DNA of 64,000 bases from Antedon mediterranea (lineage: Eukaryota; Animalia; Echinodermata), in the NCBI RefSeq assembly GCF_964355755.1, contig NC_092670.1, forward strand, positions 22,182,795 to 22,246,794. Reading direction: 5' to 3'. Both the position numbers and the translations under genes were made by a program. The number at the start of each line of letters is the position of its first letter. Positions within the stretch are counted from its first letter, which is position 1. Positions 49,701 through 62,482 of this stretch are shown here, piece after piece. The notes beneath the pieces are model-generated. The model was not told the origin of the DNA, searched no databases, and worked only from the letters and a program-made list of their open reading frames with translations.

Positions 49701-52700
49701 AGATCTCTAATAGTTTAGTGCATCTGGGATTGCCCTAGCAGTCAAGACAAGATGTGAGAGTGAACATGATTTTGTCCTGTAAACAGGATCAGCATGGAAG
49801 ATTTGAGTATTTGTGTATTTTGAAAATATTCATTATAAATAGTGCCTCGACATAATCTTTTGTATGCAAATACATTACATATACAGCAGAAACCCTCCAA
49901 GATGACACCCCTAATAAGCGACACTTTGTCCCGAAGGCTGCATGCCCTTAATAAGGTTCTCTATTAAAAATACCTTATTAAATTTAAGCTTTCCATTGTA
50001 GGCTGCATTAATATAAGTATCAACTATGCTCTGTCGTAGATTGAAGGCTTTGTAGTCAGTGTTTCCATATGCGACAAACATCACCACATACAGAAATAAT
50101 ATGTATATGATGATTTCACGAACAATCTTATGCATGCGAATTTCTTTAAACCTAAACAATTGAAAAACAAAATATTTTAAAATAAAATCATAAGGTAAGG
50201 TGTATAATATAAAAGTTGATTCATATCACGTTCCTATAGAAATATTAAAAAGAGGAGAGTTGACATTTTATATCGGATGTGTATGAGAAAATGTCACATA
50301 CTGCTGTCTTCTACAGTAAATGTTAGCAAAAATTGTAGTTCAAGAAAAGAATATAGAAAATCTAATACTATTACAAATTAAGGCTTACCTAGTCTCGCGT
50401 GCTTCCAAAATTTCATCATCATCCGGTGGCATCGACCCTGCAATTGTATCGGCACGTTCTCGTTCAAATTGTTCTAACATTGCAGCATTTTCCAACTCCT
50501 CTTGCGTCATTCGTTCGTGTAACAGTTCATCTCCATCTTCAGGTGTTGGCGAATCATCGTCTTCTTTGATTGGGTTTTTGATGACCAATGAAAAGAAAAC
50601 GGCTATTAAGATAACCTAATAAAAATGCATATTAGATGTAAGTAGAACTTTCAAATAATCTTAAGCAACAGTTTTTTTCTGTGAATACTGTTCTGGCAAG
50701 CTCTCATATAAGAGCTTCAAAGTGCTGGAGAACAGGGCAGTGTAAATGGTTCCTCTGCTTTTTTTCCTTTTTTGGTTATTTTAGGATATTTTATGGATCA
50801 TTTATGTGCGTTAAGCGCTTTGAAACATTGCATTAGGCGTTATATAAGACCACCATTATTTACCTCCGCCAAGGAGGTATATGTAATCGATCGCGTGTTT
50901 GTTTGTCTGTCTGTTTGTCTGTCTGTTTGTTACTTGGCAAAAAGAATTTTGCCAAGTATAGTATTTACTTTGTTTGTATGTATGTTTGTATGTATGTTTG
51001 TTTGTTAGCACAATAGCGCCTACAGTTTTTAAGTTATCGTTCTGAATTTTTGGGTGTAGATAGGTATATGCTTTCAGACCATGCCTATTGAAAATCAACA
51101 AAATTGGTTTATTAATAACTTCACAAATAACAAAAATGATATTATTTTCACACCGGCTAGTGTTAAAAGATATGAGACAATTTTCAAAAGCCGGTGAGCA
51201 GTTTTAAAGTAACACGTAAACTGAAATTACATTTTCTCGAAAACTACTTGTCCAACAAACCTCATTTTTGGACAAGAGGCAAGGGTTATAATTTGTGATT
51301 TGTAATTGATTCAATGTACCGGCATTTTCATACGAGTAGTTTTAAAAAACCTATTTCTTTTCAAATTCACCCATTTGTTTTTGGCGTTGCTGTTCCATTG
51401 TTATTCAAATTAAACTATTGTTAGTTGATAATTAGTTTTGTTAGTACCAGTGTGTGTCCTTCCTTATTTCATTCTGTACATAGGTATATACTTACAGAAC
51501 ATGCCTATTGATTTTCAGGTAAATTGATATATTGTTTGTCACAAAAGCTTATCTTCCGTATGATATATTACATAGCACGCATTCTGTCTTCTTTTAACAT
51601 GGACATATTCTTTGATATGGACCAAAACATTTGTCGACTGGTCAAGCGGTTAAGCTTACTACATGGGTTAAGGCAGAGGCGCCGCAAATCGGCACAGCTT
51701 CAAGACACTCATCGATCATTATTCTGGTCAATCTTGATTTTAGAAAGGTCATTGTTGCAATGCCGAAATTGTTTGTATCAAAATTATTTAAACAAATTAT
51801 TAACCCCAGCAGGATTTTAACAATGTAAAGCTAATACCTAAAGCAAAAAAATGTATCTTTCAACATGCTCCGAGTCAGTGGATATATTTTTCCAAGTACT
51901 TCACTCAGTTTCTGAGTGCTTTCATTTGTTTGTTTGTTTGTTTGTTAGCAGGATTACTCAAAAAGTAATTACAAGATCTTCACTAAAATAAATATACAGA
52001 TAGATATGTGGTCAAGGACCATTCCATTAAATTTTGGGACCATTTGGGACCATGGTCCCAATTTTGGACCACTTTTTAGTATACTTTTCAGACTTGCTAG
52101 TGATAAAAGATAGGACAGAATTTTTAAAAAGCCGGCGAGCAGTCTTAAAGTAACAAGTAAACTGAAATTGCATTTTCTCGAGAACTACTTGTACAAAACA
52201 CTTCATTTTTGTACAAGAGGCAAGAGTTATAATTGGTGTAATTTTAAAACATAATTTGATTTAACGTGCACCTTTTTTGATGAGAGTAGTTTAAAAAACC
52301 TATTTCTTTTTAAATTCACTCGTTTGATTTCCCGTTGCTGTTCTATTGTTAGTCAACTGAAGCTATTGTTAATTGAAAGGCTAATTGTTACATAACCATT
52401 ACACCAAACTCGCATACACATGCTTGTAGTGAAATTAGCCTAAATCATTTATAACAGCATTAAGACACACACAAATATATATAAATTTTTTCCCGGAGAA
52501 ATCTTATGTAGGAGAATTTTACAGTAGGCGGAGGTATGCACTCTCGGAGTGGCTTTCTAGTTATTGTAATAATATAGTCTAAAATGTTTCAATCTCCCTA
52601 TAATTTACATTCAACAAGCCAAAAAGTGGTCATTATTTGGGTGAATTGTACATCTTACCTTTATAGGTTGAGTTATCAACACATCTTGGATCAAAGCAAT

Positions 52701-55700
52701 TCCTATTGATGTCAGCCATTCCTCTGCCTTCTTCTTTCCAAAAGCGGCTGCATACAGAATGGTCAACCAGAAGGCTACTCCAATGTTGCCAATCGCAATA
52801 AACCATGCTAAATATTTAAAGCGCCAATTCAAAAGATACCTCTTCTTCTTTCGTTTTCGCTTCACTTTATAACCTAAAACAAGATGTTCTTTCAACTCTT
52901 CCCTTTTCTTTTCCAAGCTTGATTTCATTTCGATTCGTACAGAGTTGTTAGACGTGGTTGAATGACTGCTCTGTGGGCGGTTTAACCCTGAAGCAGGTGT
53001 ATCCATCTCATCTCTCACTGTCATTAAGTCATGCATGAAAAGATCCGTCTCTGTTGTTTTATCAGTTTTTAATGAGATTGATTTAACACAAGGTTCTGAT
53101 TTTTGTATTTTCTTCTTTTTCGCTGGGCATAAAAACCGAGCCCCTTCGGGTTTCGGCTCAGAAGTACGAAACAGTTGCACTGTGAATAAACTTGTTGGAA
53201 AAACCATCAAGCTGCTCATGACACCTGTGATAACCTGTGTAAGACTAACCTGAATTGGACCAAATTTGATCTCAGGCCCACCTGCAGCGACCATGTCAAC
53301 ACCGTAGAAAATTATGTTTGCCATCATTGTGCTAAATAAAAGGGAGAGACAACAAGTTGCTCGTTGTACTCTAGTGAAGTTGCTCTTTGATGGACGGAAG
53401 AACACCGAGAACCAGAGATGGGAATCTTGTAAATTTCTACGGGTCTTGCTGTGGAAGAGATGTCCAAAACTTGTCAATTCACTACGGCCTGCTACAGGGA
53501 TAATGCGTTCAACCTTATAAAAGAAATCAAATATAATGAATGAAATGATGCAATTGCTAACACTAAAGACCTGTCTGTGCCTGTCATCATTTAGTTTATT
53601 CATTATAACACACAGTAAAATAAATGACTTTAAAAAATTGTTTGTATCCTTAAGACAAGATAATTACTCTCACTCACTTGTGCTTGTTGTGATATTTCAA
53701 ACAAAGGTAGAGTAAATCAATAGAGTGCAGTGTGATTGAAGTGAGCTCAATATAGGACCAATAACTAAACATTTCCTTTACATATCTTATGTAAAGTGAT
53801 TGAGGCTTACACTCTATCAAGTGGGAATCACTATTATCATATGACTGTGTATGTAATACCCCATGCTTAGTCCATCCACTAAATTTAGGTTAAATTTGGG
53901 CAATGTATACAGTAAGACTTTTCTGAATCCATTGTTAAATGTAATCCGAGTATAATCTCCTTAAAGTCAACTCAGACAGCGTCGTACGATGAGGCCCAAC
54001 AAATGGGAGAAATTTAAACATGTTCAAAGTTCTTGCGAAAACCTAAAAGCTACCCCGGCCCTATCTCAAGACGACTACAACGAGTCAAGACGTTTCATCA
54101 GGCCTCGTCGCGCGACACTGTCTTACTTGGCCCTTACTCTCAAATTTCTCTTAAATTTCATACCCTAGCCAACTAGGACTCTACTCAGTGGTTACACTGT
54201 ATTATACCTGGCCATCATCTTCCTCAACAGCTAGCCACTTCTCAAGCATGAAGTAAAACACACGGTTTGTCTGTAAGTCCTTAATAGAGATTCTGCTCAG
54301 AAACCAACTTGGATGTTTTCCTTTATTATTATGCCAAATTCGAATGTGTACAAGTTGACCAAGTGATCGTTTGGTAGTGAGCACAAAGGAATCAATGTTA
54401 CCCCTCTCAAAAATCTTTCTCTTCTCATCCTGGAAAACACGGATACCTGTTTCGCCTTCTTCTCCTGCTATCATAAATGACACTGTTGCTGAAGTACCTA
54501 ATAATAAAAATTCAATTAAATGTTAATGTATGTTGTTATTTTTAGAGTCGTGTTAAAGTAGGCGTCATGTTAAAGTAGGTGTTACAAAATAAAAAATTTC
54601 TCAACTTTCCCATAAGATTTTGGATCACCTAACATAATTTATTTATACAGGACATGAAAAAGCACTGTCACCCACTCACTGAATTATTGAATATTGAATT
54701 AGCGATTGGTGATATTGTTTCCAATTGTGTCTTATATTAGGCATTGCTTAGTCTCTATTCTAAAAGCCAATTTGCTTTGTTTTAGAAACAAGTAAATTAT
54801 CTTTAACTAGCCTGCTCTCTTTTTAACTCCAGTAAATACTGTAATTTCATATTTTATCTTGTCTCTTGGGTCGTTGTCTTTTAATGGTGTTACTCCAGCC
54901 TACGGACAAAAAAAATATTAGATATCGACAAAGAATTGAGAATTTCTAAAAAATGAGGACCAAAATATCACAATATAGCAATAATATTTATCAAATCATG
55001 TTTATAACTGACTTATTGCACAGTTTAGAGTATTCTCAAATACTATTATATTTGTTGTACCTACTTTTAACACAAGGGCAGCTTTTTGAAAAAAGTTCTT
55101 CAAAATTACAGGATCAAGAGGTTATAAAATTGTACCAGAGTATGGCAGTTCACAATTACCAAAACTTACCATGACTCGATCTCGTTGGTCGGCCTTTCTT
55201 GCCCAGAGTATGACAGTCAGGTAGAGCATCATACAGCAAACCATGAACACAAACACAACTGGGTTTTCATTTAGACTAGCAAATGGTGAACTACTTAAAT
55301 CTACTGTGTTAATTGGTACTGAAATACCACCTCCAAAAGATGTAAGGTGGTTCGAAAAACACTGTGTTCGTGTCCTGGTACTTTGAGGACCAACCTAATG
55401 AAATAAAAAAAAAAAAAAAACAAGTTTGATTATTTTTTGTTTACACTGGGTAACCTCTTCATCAGGTCTTGAACCCATTCCTCTCAAATGCCAGTTCATT
55501 GTCACTTTGCATTAGGTCATAAAACTCAATCAAACCTTCTCAAATTTCAATGCCATGCCACAATTATTACATTTTTACAAGATAACTCTATTGTCCAAAA
55601 AAATAGAAAATTGCAGTTCCCTAGCGAAAAAGTAATAATAGTAATTAAAGGATAGCTTACATTAAAAAAAAAAGAAAATTACAAATATGGAAAACCAAAT

Positions 55701-58700
55701 AATAATAAATATAATTGATACAATTACAACAAAAACTTACTTCCAACCCCTCATTCTCCCAAGAATTAGTTGTCTCATCTAAGTACATACATACAGAATT
55801 AAAGTAAGTGGCTTGAAATCGCATTTGTTGAAAACCATCTTCTGATGTTCCATTTACTGTCTTGTTGAGTCCCATCTTATGGCGAATACCGATGTAAAAA
55901 GTAGTAGTAGTTCCATTGGAAAAACTGTAAATAGCAAGGTATAAATATAACAATAGAACAAAAAAGTATTAGACATTTTTAAACATTTGGGTTAAAATAC
56001 TTGTTTGTTTTACCATTCGATCACAGAAGCTTAGTATGTTTTTTGCTAAAATTATTTAAATAGTAAGTTTTTATTAAGATACAGACATTATAGTGATAGT
56101 GATTACCTGTTGAGAAATGTGTTGCTATAAAAGCACTGTGTATCTCCTTCAACATCTACTAAAAAGTCATGTGTATCGTTCCACGGTCGTGGATAGGCTT
56201 CATCCTCACTTGCATAATATCGTTCTTTAGGATATACTCTTTGACCGCTTAAGACACACAGATCGTCATATTGACCATAATCTTATACAAGAAAAGAAAT
56301 TGATCATTGATTAACACTTTGAAGTAGCTTTGTGTCAGGAAGCTAAGTAAATTGGTCAGATGTTTGCCCTACTCAGATGCAATTATACTATATGCTTTGT
56401 ACAGTACATGTTGACAACACCTGCCAATAAAAGTAATTCTTGGCTTTGTTCAATATTTATGTATTATTTCTTCATGGAATATATTATAATAACTAGAAAG
56501 CCACACCGAGAGTGCATACCTCCGCCTACTGTAAAATTCTCCTACATAAGAAATATATTGATCTCTGGTGCGCGTGCGTACAACTGAGGACTAGTGCTGT
56601 TCCACCGTACCATGCCGAGAATGTTAAAGAGTCGCTATCCAATCGAGTTTAAACAATACCATCGAAGTCCCAGTGGTCTAATGGTTAGGGCAACTGCATA
56701 TCAAGCAGACGGTCCGAGTTCGAGTCTCGGTTGGGGCGACTTTTTGTCAATCTCACAGATTTCCTCATCTTTATCGTTCAAATTAATTAATTCAATTTCA
56801 GTATATCACCGGGCGGTTTAGAATTAGTGTTCTTTGCCTACTTTGTTTATATATATATATATATATACCCACAGCATTGTCATTTGTTCAGTAATTTGCC
56901 TATTACAAGCATGTCTATGTGAGTTTGGTGTGTTATTTGTAATTAGTTATGTAACCAGCCTTTCAACTAGTTTCTGTTCTGTTGACTAACAAAAAACAGG
57001 AATGCCAAAAACAGGTGAATTTGAAAAGAAATAATAATATAATATTTTAATATACCATTATGTTTTGGTGGCTATCGCAATTGCTGTGACTGTTAAAATG
57101 TCCAATTACAGTAATAAATAGTAATAGTTATAATTAGGAGTGTGACCAATTCTGTGGACACTCCCCATTGGGAATCACTGTAATAACATTGGAGTTAGCT
57201 CTCTATTCAATCTACAATATCTCAATGGTAAATAGTATAATATGGCCTTACCTTCTTTGGGAACTTGATTTGCCCTTAGATATAAGAATATAGTGTAGTT
57301 GTAACTCTCACCAATGACCATGTTTTTCTGACCAAGAGATTTAATGTTTACAGTCAAAGATCTATGCCGTTCAATATCTACAAAACAAATTATACAATAG
57401 TGCCAAATACAGTTACTCTCCTAAAATCAGATTTTACATTTCTTGTGAATTTCATTTTGTATAAAAGTTTCTGTTTTTGTTATATCCAATAAATGTATAA
57501 TTATTTTAGTGTTAAGCGTAATGTTGTAGTATTTCCAGTAAATGATTTAAAAAGAAAATAAATCATGCAATTACATTTTAAAACCAGAAATTCCTTTCAA
57601 AGTTGTTACTTACCTTGAAATGCCAAATATGTCATATCTATGCCAGGTGCGCTTGTGTTACCATATTTCTTTACTTCATCATTGGTCATATTTTCACCTT
57701 CAGCTGGCTCAATTGTTTCACGTGTTATAAATATTACTATAGGTTCTGTTAGGTTTTTAACACTGATAATGCTACCATTACTATCCTTTAACTCCATGCT
57801 AACAGCTCCTCCACTGATTTGCTTTGAGGTATTATCTACTTTGTTAGGATTGTTCGTTTCAGCAATCATCTGTTGGTTAAATTCTTAATGTTAGTACAGT
57901 AATAATACCCCTTTCACACCAAAACTCCGGAGTGTCTCCGGAGACACCCCGGAGTTTATGACCATTCAAAACGTCGAGAAACTCCGGAGACACCCCGGGG
58001 TTTATGACCATTCAAAACGTCGAGAAACTCCGGAGATACCCCTTTCACACCAACCTAGCAACACCGGGGTTTATAAAATAAAATTGTAAATGTCGCCCTC
58101 TATTTTGTTTGTTTACATAGCGACGATCATTAGAATCATTTTAATTAATAATATTTTAAATTTAATAATTACTTTTAAAAGTCTCAGAAGTAATATAATG
58201 TTTTATTTATACTACTTATTATTTTCTAGACCCGCTATATATTTTTTACAAATATTTATAGTATTTTAAAAAAAAACTAAATAAATAATTGATTGCGAGG
58301 ATAACCTTTTGACCCGAAACACTCCGGAGTTTGATGTTGGTACCTTTCACACCAAAACACCGGGGTGTCCCCGCAGTTCGCTCTCCGGAGAATGTTCAGC
58401 TGTTCAACTGTTCAACCCCGCAGTTTTAAACTCCGGAGTTGCTTGATTTTACCTTTCACACCAAACAGCGGGACGTCAACTCCGGGGTGTCTCCGGAGTG
58501 TCTCCGGAGTTTTGCTTTTGGTGTGAAAGGGGTATAAGAAATTAAAATTGACATTCTAAACAAGAATAAATAAAAGAGAAAATGCAGTAAAAATGAATTC
58601 TTAACTGCACACCTTGGCACAGAATACATTCCAACATGCAATTTCTGTGCGAGACAAATTCTTCAATCAAAGCGGTATTGGGTTTGATCAACTAACAATC

Positions 58701-61700
58701 CCAACTAGTTATCCATTAATAGATGTACTGATGATCTGGGGGTGACTATAGAATGACCTTAGACATGAATAACATGGACCAATAGAAAACAGCCCCAAAA
58801 GTACTAACCTGCATATCTACAGTTGCCGAATCCGATGAAGAAGAATTGGCTAAGTGACTTGACATTTCTGGTAAAACCACTCCCATACCAGTTTCTGAAC
58901 CGAACGTCTCTAAACATTTTGAAGGTACATCAAACTAATCAATACCATGTCAAATTATTCTAATGCATTAACTACATTTTGTTTATTCTTTAACTTGTAC
59001 ATATAATATATTTTATATTTAGTTCTGAAACGTTTCGATCAATATACTCTCAGGAGTGAGAATGCAGAAACTGGGAATATAAGTGAAATAGGGTGGGACT
59101 GGTGTAAAACCTAAAAACAATAGCAAAGTAGGAGGGATTGAAATTAGCTATAGAAGAGCATTGTTTCTCATGAACAATCCTTTCAGAAGTAAATATATGT
59201 GGCAAACTTTATATCAACATTGGATTTCAACATGTAAACCTTCAAATAATCTTAAGGTTCTTAAGATTGCTTACCATTTGTAGTGAGAGAATCTGGTGAG
59301 GATCGTTTGACACTAGTTTGTACATTTGTTGACTTAACTTCAACACTGCCCTGTCCTATCACCATCTTGCTTGTAACGATTGACAACATCTTGTCCAGTG
59401 CCATTTTGGTTTGATTATTGTACTCCAAAGTCTAAAAAACATATACATTTTAAAATAGAAATAAAAGATGTTGAATGTACTAAAGTTTAATTATTATTAC
59501 CAAAGCATAAAATACATATTCAAGTGCTTGGCCTTTAATGTAGTTGCAAAATACAAACATATATCACAAACCTGCTCTTCTGTAGGTATTATGTTTTCCC
59601 TATCTGATGTGGGAGGGAGTTGAAACGTACCTAAAAGATACAAATTTCTTTTTCAATACAAAATTTAATAACGCAAAGAGTTTCAGGGCCATTATGGAAC
59701 CATTTTAATCTGTTTCTCAACTGGGCTCTCCAATAAATAAATAAATAAGCTTCCTTTTAATAATTACCCAAGCATTCCATAACAGCAGATGATGCACCTT
59801 CAAGAACATTAGCACTTGTGTCACTTTCATTAGCTTGTACTGATAAAATGTTCACTAGTATATTAATTACATCTAGTGCTTTTTCCTATAAGTGGCAAAT
59901 ATATAAATGCAATTAGTTTTAATATGACATGATTCCAAGGTTGACATAGAAAGATGTGGTAGTGGGAACAAGATACCACTCAGATGCTCTCAAGGCAGGC
60001 ACCTCAAATGGAACTTTTTTTATTTTCAGTAGATAAGAAGGGGTACAGGTGGGTCACTGGCCCCTTAAAACCAGTTGCTTAATTGCAGGTGGAGCTTGTC
60101 AGCATATAGGAAGGTAGTTCACCTAGGTGAAGGAAAAAACTCATTCCAAACCTCCACTGCCTTGGGAAAATCTTTGAAGAGAAGGCTACGGAAGTAAAGA
60201 ACATAGACAATAATCAGTATGGTAATAGAAAGAGTATGTCCACCATCCATTATCTTATAAAACTTGTTAATAAGCTTTGTTCCCATGCAGACGTCCCCCA
60301 AAACTGTAGTACCGTGGTTATAACAGACTATAGCAAAGCGTTTGATCTGCTCGACCATAATATTATTGTACATAATTTACTTAATCTAGGTGTAAGACGT
60401 TCAATAATACCTTGGATATATAAATTTTCTTAGTAATAGATCACAATGTGTAAGATACAAAGGAATACTATCTGATTACCAACAGTTACACGCAGGTGTA
60501 CCGCAGGGGACCAAATTAGGACCCCTGTGTTTTCTCACCTATATAAATAGTGCCAGGAGTGATCCTGACTACTTTAATAAACTTAACACAATAAAATACT
60601 TAAAATATGTAGATGATATGACTCTAATTGACATAGAATTGATACACCAGGTAACATGCAAACAAATTTAAATGCCCTTGGGAGATGGTCATGCGATAAT
60701 AATATGAAACTGAATGCGAGCAAACCCCCTTCTATTACTACTGTTCCGCAAATAGATAATAAGCAACTACAGATTGTACCTTGTATGAAAATCCTAGATG
60801 TATTGATCAGTTCTGATCTGAAATGGAATGACCATATATCTAACATCTTAAAAAGAGTGAACAGTAAAATATATATTTTTATACTACTTAAGAAATACCA
60901 ACTTAATAAAGATGACCAAATTACTGTGTTTATGGGTTATATTAGACCTCTTTTGGAGTATGCTGTTCCTGTTTGGAATGCTGGCATAACGAACAAACAG
61001 ATTGATCAATTAGAAGCAATACAAAGAAGGGTACTTAGAATAATTCTTGGTATAAATTAGATAAGCTATGAAAATGCTCTCAGTGTATGTAATTTAGAAA
61101 CCCTCGCTACTAGAAAAAAAAACCTAAGGTTTGCTGAAGACCTCGAAAAATCGGCATATTTTCAATCATGGCTACAGCCTAGAAATAAACCGTATAACTT
61201 AAGAAAGACCAACCAATATAAACCAATAAAATGTAGAACTGAACGATATATAAACAGCCCTTTACCATACCTAATTAACCTGTTGAATACTAAAGATTAA
61301 TTACATTTAGCCAAAGTTGCCGTCATCAACCAATGTGAAATAATAAACAAATAAATACATAAGTTTTTTGATACAGATATTTTATTAGGCCATAATTCGT
61401 AAAAATTTCTTTGATTACAATGTAAATTTTCATTTTATTGAATTAAAAAATAAAAATCTTGAATAAACCTAGCTAACAACTCCTAAAGCAGTTGGATCGA
61501 CTATTGCCTACATCCAATCTGACTCCAAATATAGAACTTTGCGTTCCCTTTGATCCTGTTAGTGGGGACGAGAGGGGGACTCTGTAATTTGGGCATAGCA
61601 AAGTCAACATAATCTTTTGGCAAGACTTACAGCAAGTGTGCGCACCTTGACAAGGCAAAAAGAAATTACCAAGTTTTTTTCCAAATAGATTGTTAAATTG

Positions 61701-62419
61701 TAGGAGATTTTTTTCACATTTTGCTTTAAAAATTGATTGAGTTCATGGAAAAATGTCTTCATACATAAAATTGAACTCTTTATTTGTATACTAACCTTCG
61801 TTTCGGTTGAAATTTCATCTGGAATTGCCAATACAGTATTTATGGCTGATGCAATCATTTTAACATCTCCAAGATCTTTTGGTTTTAAAACGTTTGAATA
61901 CTCAACAATCTTCATTCGAACCTAGCAATATTGAAATCGCAGTAAAAGAAACAGAATACCCGATACACAAGCTAATATCATGTCTAGCGACAATACAAAT
62001 CTTGCAGTATTGCATCTTCTGACAGAAATCAACATCCCATATGAACGTAGTATTGAAAAAGTTAGGTGAAGGTAATAATTAGGAGGTAGGTGCCATGTTA
62101 TTGGCCTGTTGTTGTCAGCAGACATGATACTGCAGGATGTTCTTTTATCCAAGAAACATTAGGATGAGGTAGTGTGATGGGTGATGAAGCACATAGTAAA
62201 AAGTCATAAACCATAAAACCTTGAAAAGAAGCCCAAATGCTTTTTTTTTTTTTACTTTTGGGTGGATCAGATTTCTGATATACAGTATTTAAATATCTGT
62301 GACTTGCTGAATGTGTAAAATGTTAAAACATTTTGGTCAATTTTTAAAAATACAATTGTTATTCTTACTTACATTTATTCGTGTGTCTGTCCTTATTGTT
62401 TCTTCAGTTGCATTGTAAA
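43567..62419 (-). CDS. Gene B: second polycystin-1 family gene, 3' part (23 exons); 5' part beyond the right edge
   Basis: Exons 62373-62419, 61796-61921, 59768-59885, 59572-59630, 59275-59431, 58809-58909, 57614-57869, 57252-57377, 56107-56281, 55741-55924, 55170-55394 (GPS HLTSFGG, TM1), 54812-54899, 54208-54497 (PLAT), 52659-53513, 50389-50615, 49974-50151, 49475-49640, 48988-49113, 48502-48792, 46494-46822, 45631-45886, 44250-44519, 43567-43718 (TAG). All phases are consistent. Confidence 0.92.
45944..46290 (+). mobile_element. tRNA-derived SINE with a Deu/Nin-like core
   Basis: A box TGGCCGAGCGG, B box GGTTCGAGGCC, core GATAAGGACTATAAACCGTAGGTCC..TAAAGAACCC..GAGTAGGGGGTTACCCCGG, A-rich tail. 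Confidence 0.75.
46959..48292 (-). mobile_element. Non-autonomous Helitron-like element
   Basis: On the minus strand: A|TCTATATATAAA ... GC-rich hairpin (46959-46995) ... CTAG|T, with no TSD. Confidence 0.6.
50856..52562 (+). mobile_element. Non-autonomous Helentron/HINE-like element, family 2, with internal duplication
   Basis: Starts TTATTTACCTCCGCCAAGGAGGT followed by (GTCT/GTTT)n. Ends GGCGGAGGT..CACTCTCGGAGTG..CTAGTT. Block ~51155-51430 is repeated at ~52095-52375. Confidence 0.78.
54498..54811 (-). other. GC-AG intron within the gene B PLAT domain
   Basis: Donor CAG|GCTAGT, acceptor ttattag. Splicing gives FTGVKKRAGTSATV, gap-free against gene A FTGVRKNSSTSAHV. Confidence 0.8.
56491..57035 (-). 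mobile_element. Partial family-2 Helentron-like element interrupted by the tRNA repeat
   Basis: aactagaaag..catacctccgcctactgtaaaattctcctacataaga matches 9168-9230; similarity resumes after ~56900. Confidence 0.7.
56558..56866 (+). mobile_element. Monomer of the tRNA-containing repeat, nested in a Helentron-type element
   Basis: Closely similar to 14551-14840; cloverleaf at 56667-56738; ends in (TA)n. Confidence 0.8.
57906..58534. mobile_element. TIR element (TACCCCTTTCACACCAAAA) with repeated ACTCCGGAG subterminal motifs
   Basis: Perfect terminal inverted repeats; GC-rich palindromic motifs at both arms; AT-rich core. Confidence 0.85.
60230..61300 (+). pseudogene. 5'-truncated, frameshifted non-LTR retrotransposon RT (CR1/L2-group-like)
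   Basis: DYSKAFD, GVPQGTKLGP, KYVDD and YIRPLLEYAVPVW motifs in shifting frames. Confidence 0.9.
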
Positions 62420-62482
62420 CTTTAAAAGCAAATAATAAATTCACTGAATTATTAGGGAGTTTTCAATTTGCGATCACCAACA

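Noticed and set aside
55452-55466. CTGATGAAGAGG hammerhead-like start on the minus strand
   Set aside because: No stem II closure or GAAA follows.
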